Virus record (IMG/VR): IMGVR_UViG_3300035210_000132
Location: 28,596 to 92,595 of that record
Source of the DNA: a virus
Length of the DNA: 64,000 bases
Direction: 5' to 3' (one strand)
Part shown: in pieces, positions 29,926-39,800 of the stretch
How the letters are laid out: each line of letters opens with the position of its first letter
How positions within the stretch are numbered: the first letter of the stretch is position 1
Notes under the pieces: model-generated
The model's input: only the letters and a program-made list of their open reading frames with translations
Database searches by the model: none
What the model was told of the DNA's origin: nothing
Made by a program: the position numbers and the translations under genes

Positions 29926-30375
29926 CTACTCGTCTGCGACCACGTAGAGATCCGATGCCACGCCCGTAGAGACATTCCAGACGACTATACTTGACGCGAC
30001 GTTGAGGGTATTCCCCTGCGGAGGGATCACAAGCCCTCTTGGGAAGGTCCAGACTACTCCAACGCCAACGATGTTGGTGCTGTTCCATCTCCGCATGTAG
30101 ACGAGCGGCGCTGTGGGACTGGTGTTCCATGCCAACGCCACCTGCAAGACCGACTGTGGATCGTTCGGGTCATCTGGGGAAAACACCGTCTGGGACGAAG
30201 GGGTGACTCCGATCGCCTGAGGCCGAGCCAGAGCAACTGACTGCACCGTTGCAGCGGCCTGAATGTAAGAGACCTCGAGAAGCTTCGGCCGAACGCCCGT
30301 AGGTGCACGAATCTCTGCTGAGGCCTGCCCAGAGGTGGTGTTGGTCGTCCGGACGCTAACGCTGGAGGTTGCCAT
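29926..30375 (-). CDS. Small beta-rich structural protein (149 aa), tandem paralog of 30388..30816. Candidate tail tube protein given that it follows the 650-aa gene.
   Basis: Aligns end to end with its neighbour (M..S..LRT.N.T...A.E.R.G.R.K.LEVS.IQ ... IGVTP ... TW.TSPTAP ... RRWNS ... VGVG.VWTFPRG). SD GAGAGG. Confidence 0.45.
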   Translation of the reverse strand: MATSSVSVRTTNTTSGQASAEIRAPTGVRPKLLEVSYIQAAATVQSVALARPQAIGVTPSSQTVFSPDDPNDPQSVLQVALAWNTSPTAPLVYMRRWNSTNIVGVGVVWTFPRGLVIPPQGNTLNVASSIVVWNVSTGVASDLYVVADE

Positions 30376-30387
30376 GAGGAACCTCTC

Positions 30388-30816
30388 TTACTCGTCGCAA
30401 GCGAAGTTCACATCGAGCGCGACCGATGCTGTGATGTTGAAGATGACCACACTCGAGCTCACCGCCATGACGAAGCCTCTGGGGAAAGTCCAGACCATGC
30501 CGACACCGACGGTGGCTGCGCTGTTCCAGCGTCTCGGGTAAGGGTTCGGCGCGGTAGGACTGGTACCCCAAGTGAGCGCCGCTGTCAAAGTTGACGTGGC
30601 CTCGGCTGGGTCATCCATGACCGGGACTGAAGTCGTACCTGGAGTCACCCCGATCACTGCCGGCTTCCCAAAACCGAAGGAAGACGCTGTACCGGTGACC
30701 TGGATGAGCGAGACCTCGAGCACCTTGACGCGCAGACCGGCGCCCGTGCGCAGCTCACAGGCCGCGTTATTGATGGTGACGTTGCTGGTCCGCAGACCAA
30801 TTGAGCTGATAGGCAC
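30388..30816 (-). CDS. Small beta-rich structural protein (142 aa, GTG start), tandem paralog of 29926..30375. Candidate tail tube protein.
   Basis: Paralogy read directly. SD AGGAG 8 nt upstream of the GTG. Confidence 0.45.
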   Translation of the reverse strand: MPISSIGLRTSNVTINNAACELRTGAGLRVKVLEVSLIQVTGTASSFGFGKPAVIGVTPGTTSVPVMDDPAEATSTLTAALTWGTSPTAPNPYPRRWNSAATVGVGMVWTFPRGFVMAVSSSVVIFNITASVALDVNFACDE

Positions 30817-30847
30817 GACAGATGCTCCTAGCGCTGAGAGTTACTTA

Positions 30848-32800
30848 CTACCCCTCAACTGTAGTTGGGTAGCTGTTATCGGTTCTACCGACATGGGTCG
30901 AGTCCTGCCACATCTCCCAGTACAACAACTCCGTGTCGTTGTAAACGATGGTGCTGAAGATGCCCCCGACACCGGTAGTGACTTTGTAGAGCAATTCGCC
31001 ATCGGAGGCGCGATGAAGGCAGGCAGTCATGCCGGAACCATCGCCGGCGAAGTTCACCGCGTTGCCTCCCGTGGCCCAGGTCTGGGAGTGGTAGGTGCAG
31101 TAGATCGCGTACCCAGCGCAGCAGGTGGTCTTCACCGAGACTCTGTGGTACCGAGCCACTTGGGGGTCGAGAAGGCCTTGAGCCAGCGACGCGGAGTTCG
31201 GGCTGTCGTAGTAGACTCCAACAGCCGGCGTTCTCCTTCTGATGGTCGGGTACTGGTAGCCGTTCCCCACGTTCAGAGGCCCGATGACCCTCCAACCTTC
31301 ACCAGGAGATCCCGGGTCAGTCGACAAGATCTCGGCTAGGGCCACAAAGGTGAGGCCGTTGGTGGTGTCGCACTGAGGCATGGAGAAGTACGCGAGATCA
31401 GCAGCCACGAAACGGTAGTAGGTCTCGGGGATGAAGAAGGTGTTTTGAATCCCCTTCGACTCGACGGCGTCATTACCAGAAGAGGCGTTGCAGAAGTAGA
31501 TCGTGTGGTTGTGCGTGTCAGCTCCCAGAGTGGCCTTGTCGCTCGTGTAGTTCAGGTACAGAACCGCATCCAAGCCGTAGATCGACTGACCCGCCTGCCC
31601 TCTTCTGGCGTTGAACGTGATGCTGTTCGACCCTCGAGCCAGAGAAACTCCTGCTCCTAGAGCTGCTGCACTGTCTACTCTGATGATGCAGTCGAAGCCT
31701 CCCGCACATAGGCTGGCATAACCAGAGTAGGTTCTCTCGCTCTGCGCCCCACAGGAGACGATGAGATCGTTGGCCGTGGCGTACGCCGAGTAGCTGTGGA
31801 CCTTCACGCCACTCTGAAGCAGGGTGATGGTTCCTGGCTCGACAACGTCGAAAGAGAAGACCGAACGGTGCTTGTCTGTGGCTGTGTTGCCGTCCAGAAG
31901 ATCAGGTGCGTTGGCGATGCACATCTGAAGTGAGTTCAAGATGCGCGTGCTGTTCGTGTGGTTGTACTCGTAGATGACGACAAGCACGACCGAGATCCAG
32001 CTCGGTCGGATGCCGTTGGTGCTGGTCGTCCTGAACTTGATCGCATGAGTGGCCGACGTACTCATATCGTCGCGCACCCAGTGCTGGACGCAGTACCGTC
32101 CCGTAGACCCGCTCAAGGTCAGGTTGTGGGTACCATCGTTGACCTCAGACTCGGAGTCGAGCTGCATCCCGAGCTGGGAGTTGGTGGTACTGCCCGGCGT
32201 CTCGTTGTAAGTGATCTCGAAGTATTTCTGCCGGTAGACGACGCTGTTCTCGGGCAAGAAGGTGCTCAGGTTGGGCACCTGGCTGGTTCCGAGCTCCGCA
32301 AGAGAGCTCGACAAAGAACCCGTGTTGGCCGAGTCCAGGGGGATTTTGGCCATCTTGATACGGGTCGTCTGCGCGCTATCGTTGTACTGGTAGGTGATGA
32401 TCAGCTTCGCCGTGGTGTTGATGCGAGAGAAGCCGGTGATGGCCACCCCTACCTGGCACGTCTGTGACGTCCCAGAACCGAAGTTGGCATTGAAGTAAGC
32501 GGTGAAGTCGCGTACCAGAACGAACTCGCGCTCGTTGGTCGTGGACCGGCATGTTGGAGTACGGGTGATGTCAGAGAAGCCAGCCGCTGCCAGATTCACT
32601 CCGATGGTCCAGGAGGTCAGGGTGACAGCAGTGTTCGAGTTGTCGAGGAAGGTGACTTCGACTACCACTGAGACGAAGTTCCGGCTGGCGTTCTCTGGGA
32701 TGTAGACGGTGAGGGCAGACCAGTCGTACCGAACCGTAGACGCCCTAGCGGTCGTGTCGGTCGGGAATGCGTACTCCAAGGTTTTGGTTCTTAGAGCCAC
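30848..32800 (-). CDS. Major structural protein (650 aa), Asn/Ser/Thr/Tyr-rich beta protein with a very strong SD. Candidate tail sheath (layout: large protein followed by two tube-size paralogs) or major capsid protein.
   Basis: The SD TGGAGGGAG immediately upstream of a GTG start implies high expression. A 63-nt intergenic region precedes it. No sheath signature motif was confirmed. Confidence 0.4.
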   Translation of the reverse strand: MALRTKTLEYAFPTDTTARASTVRYDWSALTVYIPENASRNFVSVVVEVTFLDNSNTAVTLTSWTIGVNLAAAGFSDITRTPTCRSTTNEREFVLVRDFTAYFNANFGSGTSQTCQVGVAITGFSRINTTAKLIITYQYNDSAQTTRIKMAKIPLDSANTGSLSSSLAELGTSQVPNLSTFLPENSVVYRQKYFEITYNETPGSTTNSQLGMQLDSESEVNDGTHNLTLSGSTGRYCVQHWVRDDMSTSATHAIKFRTTSTNGIRPSWISVVLVVIYEYNHTNSTRILNSLQMCIANAPDLLDGNTATDKHRSVFSFDVVEPGTITLLQSGVKVHSYSAYATANDLIVSCGAQSERTYSGYASLCAGGFDCIIRVDSAAALGAGVSLARGSNSITFNARRGQAGQSIYGLDAVLYLNYTSDKATLGADTHNHTIYFCNASSGNDAVESKGIQNTFFIPETYYRFVAADLAYFSMPQCDTTNGLTFVALAEILSTDPGSPGEGWRVIGPLNVGNGYQYPTIRRRTPAVGVYYDSPNSASLAQGLLDPQVARYHRVSVKTTCCAGYAIYCTYHSQTWATGGNAVNFAGDGSGMTACLHRASDGELLYKVTTGVGGIFSTIVYNDTELLYWEMWQDSTHVGRTDNSYPTTVEG

Positions 32801-32863
32801 GAACTCCCTCCAAGCTCAGCTCCAGCGGGTTACCCCAGTGCTGCGTTATGATGCAACACTTAG

Positions 32864-33454
32864 TTAGCCTAACGTGATTGTGAATGTTACCTGGATCGTG
32901 TCTCCCACGATGAGCGACCTCTGGGTGAAGCCGAGCACGTGGTTCATGGTACCCGCCGCACCTGCCGTGAAGAGCGCTGCCTTCTGGCAAGCCTGGTTCG
33001 CGGTCGCACAGGTGAATGTCTTATCTAGCGTAGTAGTGTTGGTGCCAGCGCTGTGAGCGTAGGCAGCCACCGCACGAGAGAGGCCGTTGGCGGCGATCTC
33101 AGTCGAGAGAGTTGTCGATGCCGTGGTCTCCCCGACTGTGTCGTTCGACAGAGCGATGTAGTTCAGGCCATTGGCGCCAGGACCGGTACTGTAGCACTGG
33201 GCATGCAGGAAGTCTCGCCCAGCGTTGGTGATGAGGTTCCAGACCTTCTCTGGCTCACCGACCGGCTTGTAGCTTCGGGGATCGGGGACAAGAAGACCCG
33301 TCTTCTCGTCCTTCACCCAGTTGTCTGGGCGCTGCTGTTGGACAAGGAGACTGGCCCGGCCGATGGGGACCCGCTCTCGCAAATACTTGCTATGGAGGAG
33401 GGCGGTGATGGCTCGGTCTTCAGCAGCCTTGATCAAGTCGGTAAGTCTGGACAT
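32864..33454 (-). CDS. Hypothetical structural protein (196 aa). The start is trimmed to the ATG at 33452-33454; the ORF track's 33595 start would overlap the upstream gene by 133 nt.
   Basis: An SD (TAGGAGATGCG) precedes 'MSRLTDLIKAAEDR'. The upstream gene's TAG lies inside this SD. Confidence 0.5.
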   Translation of the reverse strand: MSRLTDLIKAAEDRAITALLHSKYLRERVPIGRASLLVQQQRPDNWVKDEKTGLLVPDPRSYKPVGEPEKVWNLITNAGRDFLHAQCYSTGPGANGLNYIALSNDTVGETTASTTLSTEIAANGLSRAVAAYAHSAGTNTTTLDKTFTCATANQACQKAALFTAGAAGTMNHVLGFTQRSLIVGDTIQVTFTITLG

Positions 33455-33462
33455 CGCATCTC

Positions 33463-33849
33463 CTAAGGATCGGGCGGCTTCTTGTCGAGATACACCAAGA
33501 CTTGCCCGGCGTTGAATCTCCAGAAGTTGTTTGTGCTTACCCGGCGCTCTTCTTTTACCGGGTGTCGGTAGATCATGTTCCCAGAACCATCCCACAGTGC
33601 AAAGAACTTAATGATTCCCCAGTCCGACTGGCCTACAGGGAAGGTGATTTCGTTGGTGCTCTTAGCGCAGCCTTCTAGCGCAGGACCAAACTCAACAAGC
33701 CGTCTCTGGTATTCCGGAGCTGTAACCTCCCCAGAAACATACACATCGCCGGGGTCGGTCAAATGCAATGAAATGTAGATCGGCCCACTCTCACGTAGAG
33801 AGTAGTTGAGGAGGCGGTTCCTTTGGTACAGGCTTAGCGCAGCAGCCAT
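33463..33849 (-). CDS. Small protein (128 aa) resembling the N-terminal 'tail-collar fibre' domain of P2 gpH-like tail fibres (DUF3751-like). Possible fibre adaptor.
   Basis: 'ITFPVGQSDWGIIKFFALWDGSGNMIYRH' matches the pattern seen in gpH 'IPPEVGGFWMRELGLYDDAGTLIAVAN'. The match is weak and was made by eye. Confidence 0.35.
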   Translation of the reverse strand: MAAALSLYQRNRLLNYSLRESGPIYISLHLTDPGDVYVSGEVTAPEYQRRLVEFGPALEGCAKSTNEITFPVGQSDWGIIKFFALWDGSGNMIYRHPVKEERRVSTNNFWRFNAGQVLVYLDKKPPDP

Positions 33850-34380
33850 TTACTGAGGAACTCTCTCGAATACACGAGTACCAGAAGGAGCCCCCAGGTC
33901 GTCCTTCAGATCGAAGCGCATGTACTCGGTAGTGCCATTAAGCTCGTAGAGGATCAGCTGGGTCCCGTTGATTCTCCAGCGACCGATCTGGATCTTCTTG
34001 ATGATGGCGCTATCGGTGGCAGCAGAAGCAGAAGAGGATTGGGCCGCTTGAGAAGCTAGCTTGGCCGCCGTGATGTCATCTACGTAGTCGCCCCAGAAGT
34101 AGACTCCCCACTTGGGTAGGGCGTTGAGGTCGTTCGAGACGGCGTAGACCCGCCACTCCCCTGCCGCATAAGAGCCGGTGGTGATGGTGTAGAGCCACAT
34201 CTTGGTCACAGCGTCCCAGGTCGCCGTGACAGGAGAACCGGTGTACACCGACCCATCGGGCTTACCGATGGTCAGGGTGCAAACATCAGTTCCCGCAGTG
34301 AGGTAATCTCCTGTGACTTTGCTGACGAAGGGAGTCAGCCGGATGCGCAGACTCTCGGTAGACTGGAACTGCCCTTTCAT
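33850..34380 (-). CDS. Hypothetical protein (176 aa).
   Basis: Coupled ORF. Confidence 0.5.
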   Translation of the reverse strand: MKGQFQSTESLRIRLTPFVSKVTGDYLTAGTDVCTLTIGKPDGSVYTGSPVTATWDAVTKMWLYTITTGSYAAGEWRVYAVSNDLNALPKWGVYFWGDYVDDITAAKLASQAAQSSSASAATDSAIIKKIQIGRWRINGTQLILYELNGTTEYMRFDLKDDLGAPSGTRVFERVPQ

Positions 34381-34383
34381 GGC

Positions 34384-34629
34384 TCACGTCCCCTTCTTGT
34401 TGGATCCTACCGTCTCTGGCGCCTTGCCTAAGAACTCGTCGATCGAATCCACTAGGATCTTGGCCGCCCCCTCAGCGTTGATGTCCTGCACCCCGACAGC
34501 CCCGCCTCTGGCCTTGGCCATCGCAGTCAAGAAATCGTACTGAGCGTTAAGGCGCTTGGTTTCTTTGTCGAAATACTCGGTGGCTGCTTTATTTAGCTCT
34601 TCCAGCCTCGCCGTTGCCTTGCCTGACAC
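34384..34629 (-). CDS. Small helical protein (81 aa).
   Basis: ORF 3 nt from its neighbours. Confidence 0.45.
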   Translation of the reverse strand: MSGKATARLEELNKAATEYFDKETKRLNAQYDFLTAMAKARGGAVGVQDINAEGAAKILVDSIDEFLGKAPETVGSNKKGT

Positions 34630-34637
34630 GGGACCTC

Positions 34638-35441
34638 CTACAGGAACTTAGCTGCATCCTGTACGTAGGTCGTGATCTTGCCACGGATGCGAGAGACCTT
34701 GGAAGGATGAATACCTGTCTGTTTGGAGATCTGCCCAGGCTGGAGACGAGGCTTGCCGTTTAGGCCCCACGTATATTCGTAGACCGTTCTCTCTTCTGGC
34801 GTCAAACGGCTGTCGTACTGCAAGATATGAATCGCCTCGAGCTCCTTAGAGTTCAGGAGCTCTGCTGGATCCTGATCCTCGGCGAACTGGGAGGCGATCA
34901 TGTCCTTGCGTGAGAGCTCCTTGGTCAGCTGAGCCACTTGCTTGGGAGACCACTTCAAGTGATCAGCAATGGCTTTCGTGTCTGGCTCAAACCCCAGAGT
35001 GTTCGACAGGTGCTCCTTGGCTTGCTTGAACTCGCGAATCTTGGCGATCTGGCCTTCGGGGATCTTGCCTAGATTCTGGTAGGTTTTGATGAACCTAGAG
35101 CTCTTCTTCAGATTCTGCTGCACCCAGGTGTTGAGCGCCGCCTTGGTCGGATTGAAGGTAGTCATCGCGGTGACGAACTGCTTCCGCATCTCGGCGTTGA
35201 TCGCCGACTTGGGGATCTCGACACCTCGATACTTGTTCGACTCCTTGTGAAGGAGAGGCTTGAAGGACTCGTAGAGGGGCTTTAGGTGCTCTGGTTTGCG
35301 TCCGTTGTTGTTCCAGTGATGCCAGAGGTCCACCTCTTTGCGCTGTGTGGCCTTGAACTGCTCTTTGTCTCTAGGAAGAGCCGCTTCCTTGGCCATCTCG
35401 ATGAACTCATCGAGAAGCGTTAGGTGGAAAATAGGGATCAC
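34638..35441 (-). CDS. RNA polymerase sigma factor, sigma-70 family (267 aa), with regions 2 and 4 recognisable. Located inside the structural (late) operon.
   Basis: Region 2.2-like 'TTFNPTKAALNTWVQQNLKKSSRFIKTY' (compare 'KFDPxxGxxFSTYAxWWIRQAI'). Region 4 HTH 'LTPEERTVYEYTWGLNGKPRLQPGQISKQTGIHPSKVSRIRGKI'. GTG start at 35441; the alternative ATG is at 35396. Confidence 0.65.
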   Translation of the reverse strand: MIPIFHLTLLDEFIEMAKEAALPRDKEQFKATQRKEVDLWHHWNNNGRKPEHLKPLYESFKPLLHKESNKYRGVEIPKSAINAEMRKQFVTAMTTFNPTKAALNTWVQQNLKKSSRFIKTYQNLGKIPEGQIAKIREFKQAKEHLSNTLGFEPDTKAIADHLKWSPKQVAQLTKELSRKDMIASQFAEDQDPAELLNSKELEAIHILQYDSRLTPEERTVYEYTWGLNGKPRLQPGQISKQTGIHPSKVSRIRGKITTYVQDAAKFL

Positions 35442-35944
35442 CCTCCACCAAAAATACGAGAAAGAATTCCTGGTGGCCTAGCTGCCGACGCCGCTCGCAT
35501 GGCCTTGACCTGGGGAGCCAACTGCCCTGGAACGTAGGATGAGGCACCTGCAGACGGATCCGGGATGCGCGTGATTCCTCCTCCTATCCTACCGTTCGAC
35601 ATTGCCCTATTGGCATTCCCAGCCGTGACCTGAGACAGGGTTCGACCAGGGATACCAACAGGCTTGCCTAGCGTGATCGCGATCTTCTGCAACTCGTCGT
35701 TGAAGCTGGGAAAGGCGAGCTTGAAGAAGGGATTGCCTCCGTGCTTGTCTCCCTTGCCCGGAAGCAGGCGCTTTAGGTCACTGGTAGCAGACCTCTCGAA
35801 GGCTCCTGTGTTGTCTAGGACCCCACTCAAGTAGGAGCGGGTAGAGGATCGGTTATCATCTACGTCAGCTACAGCAGCTTCCTGGCTGTTGCAGACCTTT
35901 GCTGCAGTCTCTTCGGCCAATTTCCTGAAGGAGGCTGATACCAT
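35438..35944 (-). CDS. Hypothetical protein (168 aa), Gly-rich C-terminus.
   Basis: Overlaps the sigma gene by 4 nt. Confidence 0.5.
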   Translation of the reverse strand: MVSASFRKLAEETAAKVCNSQEAAVADVDDNRSSTRSYLSGVLDNTGAFERSATSDLKRLLPGKGDKHGGNPFFKLAFPSFNDELQKIAITLGKPVGIPGRTLSQVTAGNANRAMSNGRIGGGITRIPDPSAGASSYVPGQLAPQVKAMRAASAARPPGILSRIFGGG

Positions 35945-35955
35945 GAGATCCCTCT

Positions 35956-36603
35956 TTAGCGAAAGCCTCGTAGGCGTGGAGTGTGGATGCGACCTGCCTC
36001 GAACCTACCTACCCTACTGGCGGTGGCGTTCAACTTGGCCGGAGTTTTTCCTATCCCGCCAAGAAGTGAAGCATGACCTAAAGAAGGAGACACCATGGCC
36101 TGCTTCTCTGCCTCCCCACTCCCAGGCAAGGGAAGGTGGTCATGTCGGTAAGCTCGGTCTGCTACACTGGCTGCGGCGCCACCTCCAGCGAGATAACGAG
36201 AGTTGCGGATAGCTTTGTGGATATTACCAGGGGCGCCATACTGGCCCGTCAGGGTTCGGTGAGCTCCGTACAGGGCTAAGCCATACGCGCCCCCTTTGAG
36301 ACCAGCGATCCCATAATCTCTCGCCTTCTGGTAGAAGTTGCGCTTCTTCTTGCGCGAGGTGATGTCGTAAGAGCCACTGGCTACATCAACCGCCGAAGGT
36401 CCCATGTATCCTAGCTTGATGGCGTATCGGCCTCCCATGTCTTCTATCGCGTTGCTAGGAAGCTGCCCGCCGGGCAGGTACTTCTCATCCCCACGACGAT
36501 CCGCATAAAGCTCGCGTAGATCTGCATCCAGAGGATCCTCTGGAACATCTGCAGCAGCCTTCATGATCTCGGTGGAGAACGCGTAGAAAGACCGGGCGTT
36601 CAT
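35956..36603 (-). CDS. Hypothetical protein (215 aa).
   Basis: ORF in the operon. Confidence 0.5.
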   Translation of the reverse strand: MNARSFYAFSTEIMKAAADVPEDPLDADLRELYADRRGDEKYLPGGQLPSNAIEDMGGRYAIKLGYMGPSAVDVASGSYDITSRKKKRNFYQKARDYGIAGLKGGAYGLALYGAHRTLTGQYGAPGNIHKAIRNSRYLAGGGAAASVADRAYRHDHLPLPGSGEAEKQAMVSPSLGHASLLGGIGKTPAKLNATASRVGRFEAGRIHTPRLRGFR

Positions 36604-36606
36604 AAC

Positions 36607-36837
36607 CTAACCGCCCTGCTGTAGCCGAACTTGCTTGCCGAGCTTCCTGTCTCGATTGGCCCTTCTAGCCGTCTCCCAGACCGCGGCACCAGCGGCGGCA
36701 GGGATCAGGTACTTCCCCTTGCCCTTCATGAGACCCGTAGGGGGAGCTTCGGCAGCGATCTTGCGAAGCTCGTCCTGAAAACCGTCCATCATGGGATCAA
36801 TATACATCTCTTCCTCCGTAGGTGCAGGGTACCGCAA
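36607..36837 (-). CDS. Small protein (76 aa).
   Basis: Chosen over the overlapping plus-strand ORF 36631..36861 because it fits the operon strand and packing. Confidence 0.4.
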   Translation of the reverse strand: MRYPAPTEEEMYIDPMMDGFQDELRKIAAEAPPTGLMKGKGKYLIPAAAGAAVWETARRANRDRKLGKQVRLQQGG

Positions 36838-36862
36838 GACCGAAGTAACGGGAAGGGCTAGT

Positions 36863-39800
36863 TTAACCCTCGAGACCTACGCCAAGACTACCGGTGGCAG
36901 CATGAAGTTGGCCGACGTAGTCACGTACCTTCTCCAGTCTTCCTGGTCTGGGATCTAGATCTCGGTGGATGATGGCTTTCTTTCCATGACCCTTGCGAAA
37001 CCGTGGGATCTTGAGATCTGGATTGGTCAGCAACCCCCGGAGCTGCCCGCCCGCATCGTAGACGGCCGCAGAGTGAAAGCCTGGGGTACCTGACACCAGA
37101 GCAATAGCATCTCCGGCATTGATGTACTCTAGATCAGCAGAACCGAGGATCTCTTCTAGAGTAGCTATGGGTCTTCTAGTGTAGTCCTGGATAAAGCGGT
37201 TGACGTCGAGACCCTTGCGCTTCACTTCTCCGTAGATGTACGCCAGCTCGTCTACAGCCGACTCAATGTCAGGTACATCAGCAATGCTATCGGCTAGAGC
37301 AGAATCCATGATCTTCTTGATCTCGTTCTCGTCCCCTGTACACGCTCTGATGTCGGCGAGAAGCTTCTTCTGCTTCTCTCTGGAGGTACCAAAACTCGCC
37401 AGGCCGTCGTTGGGAGTTACGTAGAGCGCCTGATCTACGATAGAACCGCAACCGAAGAACTTCTCGTAGATCTCTTTGCCGATGAACCAATTCGAGTAGA
37501 GGTTGCTGAACCAGGGAGGACGTAGACCCTCCTCGATGGGAATGGTCTTGCTGCTGCGCTTCCGGTAGGTGGCCTTCTCGTAGATCGTGGCCTTCCTCCA
37601 GTAGTAGATGACATCTGCCTTCGCTACCGGAGCTCCGTTGATCAGAAGCTTACCTGTACCTGGGTCGGTCTGAAACTCTTTGACCAACACAGCGTCCGAG
37701 GTCTTGACTTTCTTGTTCTTGGGAGGAGTTACTCCCTTGGTCGCAAGATTCTTGCCTACCAGGGCCACTGCCTGAGCGGTCAGCGTGACGGGGTCTCCGG
37801 CACAAGCAACCTGTACTATCTTTCCGCCCAAAGGTCCCTTAGAACCTGGACCTAGCTTGCCTCCAGGAGAAGGAATCAAGATCTGGGTCTCTCCCTTTGG
37901 CGCGTTACCTTTGATGACGTGCCCCCTAATAGAAAGATAGCTGTCTGAAGTTACGGGAACGGTCTCTGGCGTCTTAGTAGCCGAGCGCAGGTCGTTCAGC
38001 CCGGCGAAGCTGTCTACTACTTTGGGTAGGCTCGCGGGACGGCTCTCTAGCGGGATCTGCTCTTGTCCTGCCGCCCCCTCGTCCTCTTGATCTTGACGTT
38101 GAGCAAGAGACACAGCTACCTGGGCCAGATTTTGAGGCGTGATGTCACGAAGGAAGTTCAGCATCTTCCAGTTGCCTTCGGCGATCAACTTTTCTGCGTC
38201 TAGCTCTGTGGGCACAATCTCGGTGATGGGGGTGTTGGTGATCTCTGAAGAGATGGTATCCAAGAAGTCATCGTCAGTAATGCGATGCGTACGAGCATGC
38301 GTCATGGTGATGGAGGTGTGGCCACCCTCTTGGCTCACCGAATGGGACATGCCTGCGATCATGCCTATGTACTGAGTAGGCGCATTGAACTTACGAGCAG
38401 CCGTACGAACGAACTCAGACATGTCGTCTTTGAAGTTCTCCGGGACTGCCTGCAGCACCTCGTCGCGCCGCTCTGGGGTCAGGATGAAAGGCTTGTCCAA
38501 GATCACAGTGGGGAAGCCGCATACCAGCCAGGGAGTGAACTTGGCTGAGATCTCACAAGACCGGGCAGAGAAGCGATACCTCAGGTAGTTGAAATTGGCC
38601 GTCCTTTGAGCGTACTCAGATGCAGGTCCTGAGATCTGGGTGTTCTTATTGTTCTTGTTGATCTTCTCGACGATGTAGTTGACCTCATGCATCGTCTCGA
38701 ACTTCGGCAGGATGCCTGAGTAGATCTCCCAAGGAAGCAAGACACGGATGGAGCTGTTGCCCTGCTTCTTCGCCATCTCCATGAGCTGCGTAGTAGTGGG
38801 GGCAAAATGGTAAACGTCTAGTAGTCCGTAAGTCCCTTGATTGATACCAAAGGTCAGATCCGTAGATAGACGGAGCCTGGTGCACTCCTGGAGAAAGCTC
38901 CGCGAGAATTGGAACTGGGTGTACTGATCCGGGAACAGGACGTTGCATCTTGGCGCTGCAGCGAAGAAGCAGTCGGGGCGAAAGATCTGGGTCCCTAGCA
39001 TAGGGAGTTCCCCTTCTACGTACACATCCTTTTGCCCTGTGACTTTGCCGTCTCCCTGCAAAGCCTTCATGAGAAAGTCGTAGACCTTGGCCCAAACTTT
39101 ACGGTTACTGGAAAAAACTGGGGGGTCTTGGGGCACAGGCTCTTTGAAGAACACCTTGCTGCCTTTGTTATCCTCAAAGAATACTTTGTTGCCCTTGGTC
39201 TTACTACCACTCTTGCTGGCTGGAGTGCTGTTCTGGCGAATAAGGTTAGGCGCCAGCGAGCCCATAACAATGAGGTTGGCTTTATTCAGCTCAGCTGCCG
39301 TGGGAGAGAACTGTACATCTCTAAGGTCTTTAACCTCTCCTTTTGCGAGCTCCAAAAAATCGGCAGTTTTAGCAGGAATAGAAGTTTTCTTTGGAGGCGC
39401 CGGGACACTAGCAGCAGCTTGATTGAATAGCTGTTCTGGTGCAGAAGGCTGATACCCTGTAGTAGCATTGGTGATCAGCTGTTCAGCCGCCAAGTACTTT
39501 ATGTTCTGCTGCAGCTGCTCGATCCTACTATTTTTTGTCATAGCCAAGATAGCTTCTATTTCATCAGCTACTTGGATACCTAGGACCGTTTCTTTCCTTT
39601 CTTGGCCATCCGCTTTATATTTCCAATCCCTGTAAGTGGCAACTTTGACTGCAAGTGCACGGATCTTGTCCGACAGCTCGTCAGATAGGCCAGAACCCGA
39701 ATAGGTGTTCATTTTCTTGGTCGTACTGTCCTTGGACTTGGTGTACATCGCACAAGGATTAGGGACGACCTCGTAGTAGACATAGGTGAAGAGCAGCTTT

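Noticed and set aside
32864-33595. 243-aa ORF start at 33595.
   Set aside because: It would overlap the 128-aa gene by 133 nt. An internal ATG at 33452-33454 with an SD lies immediately after that gene's stop.
36631-36861. Plus-strand 76-aa ORF overlapping the minus-strand 76-aa ORF 36607..36837.
   Set aside because: It is antisense to the operon with no translation signals. The minus-strand ORF fits the coupled gene array.
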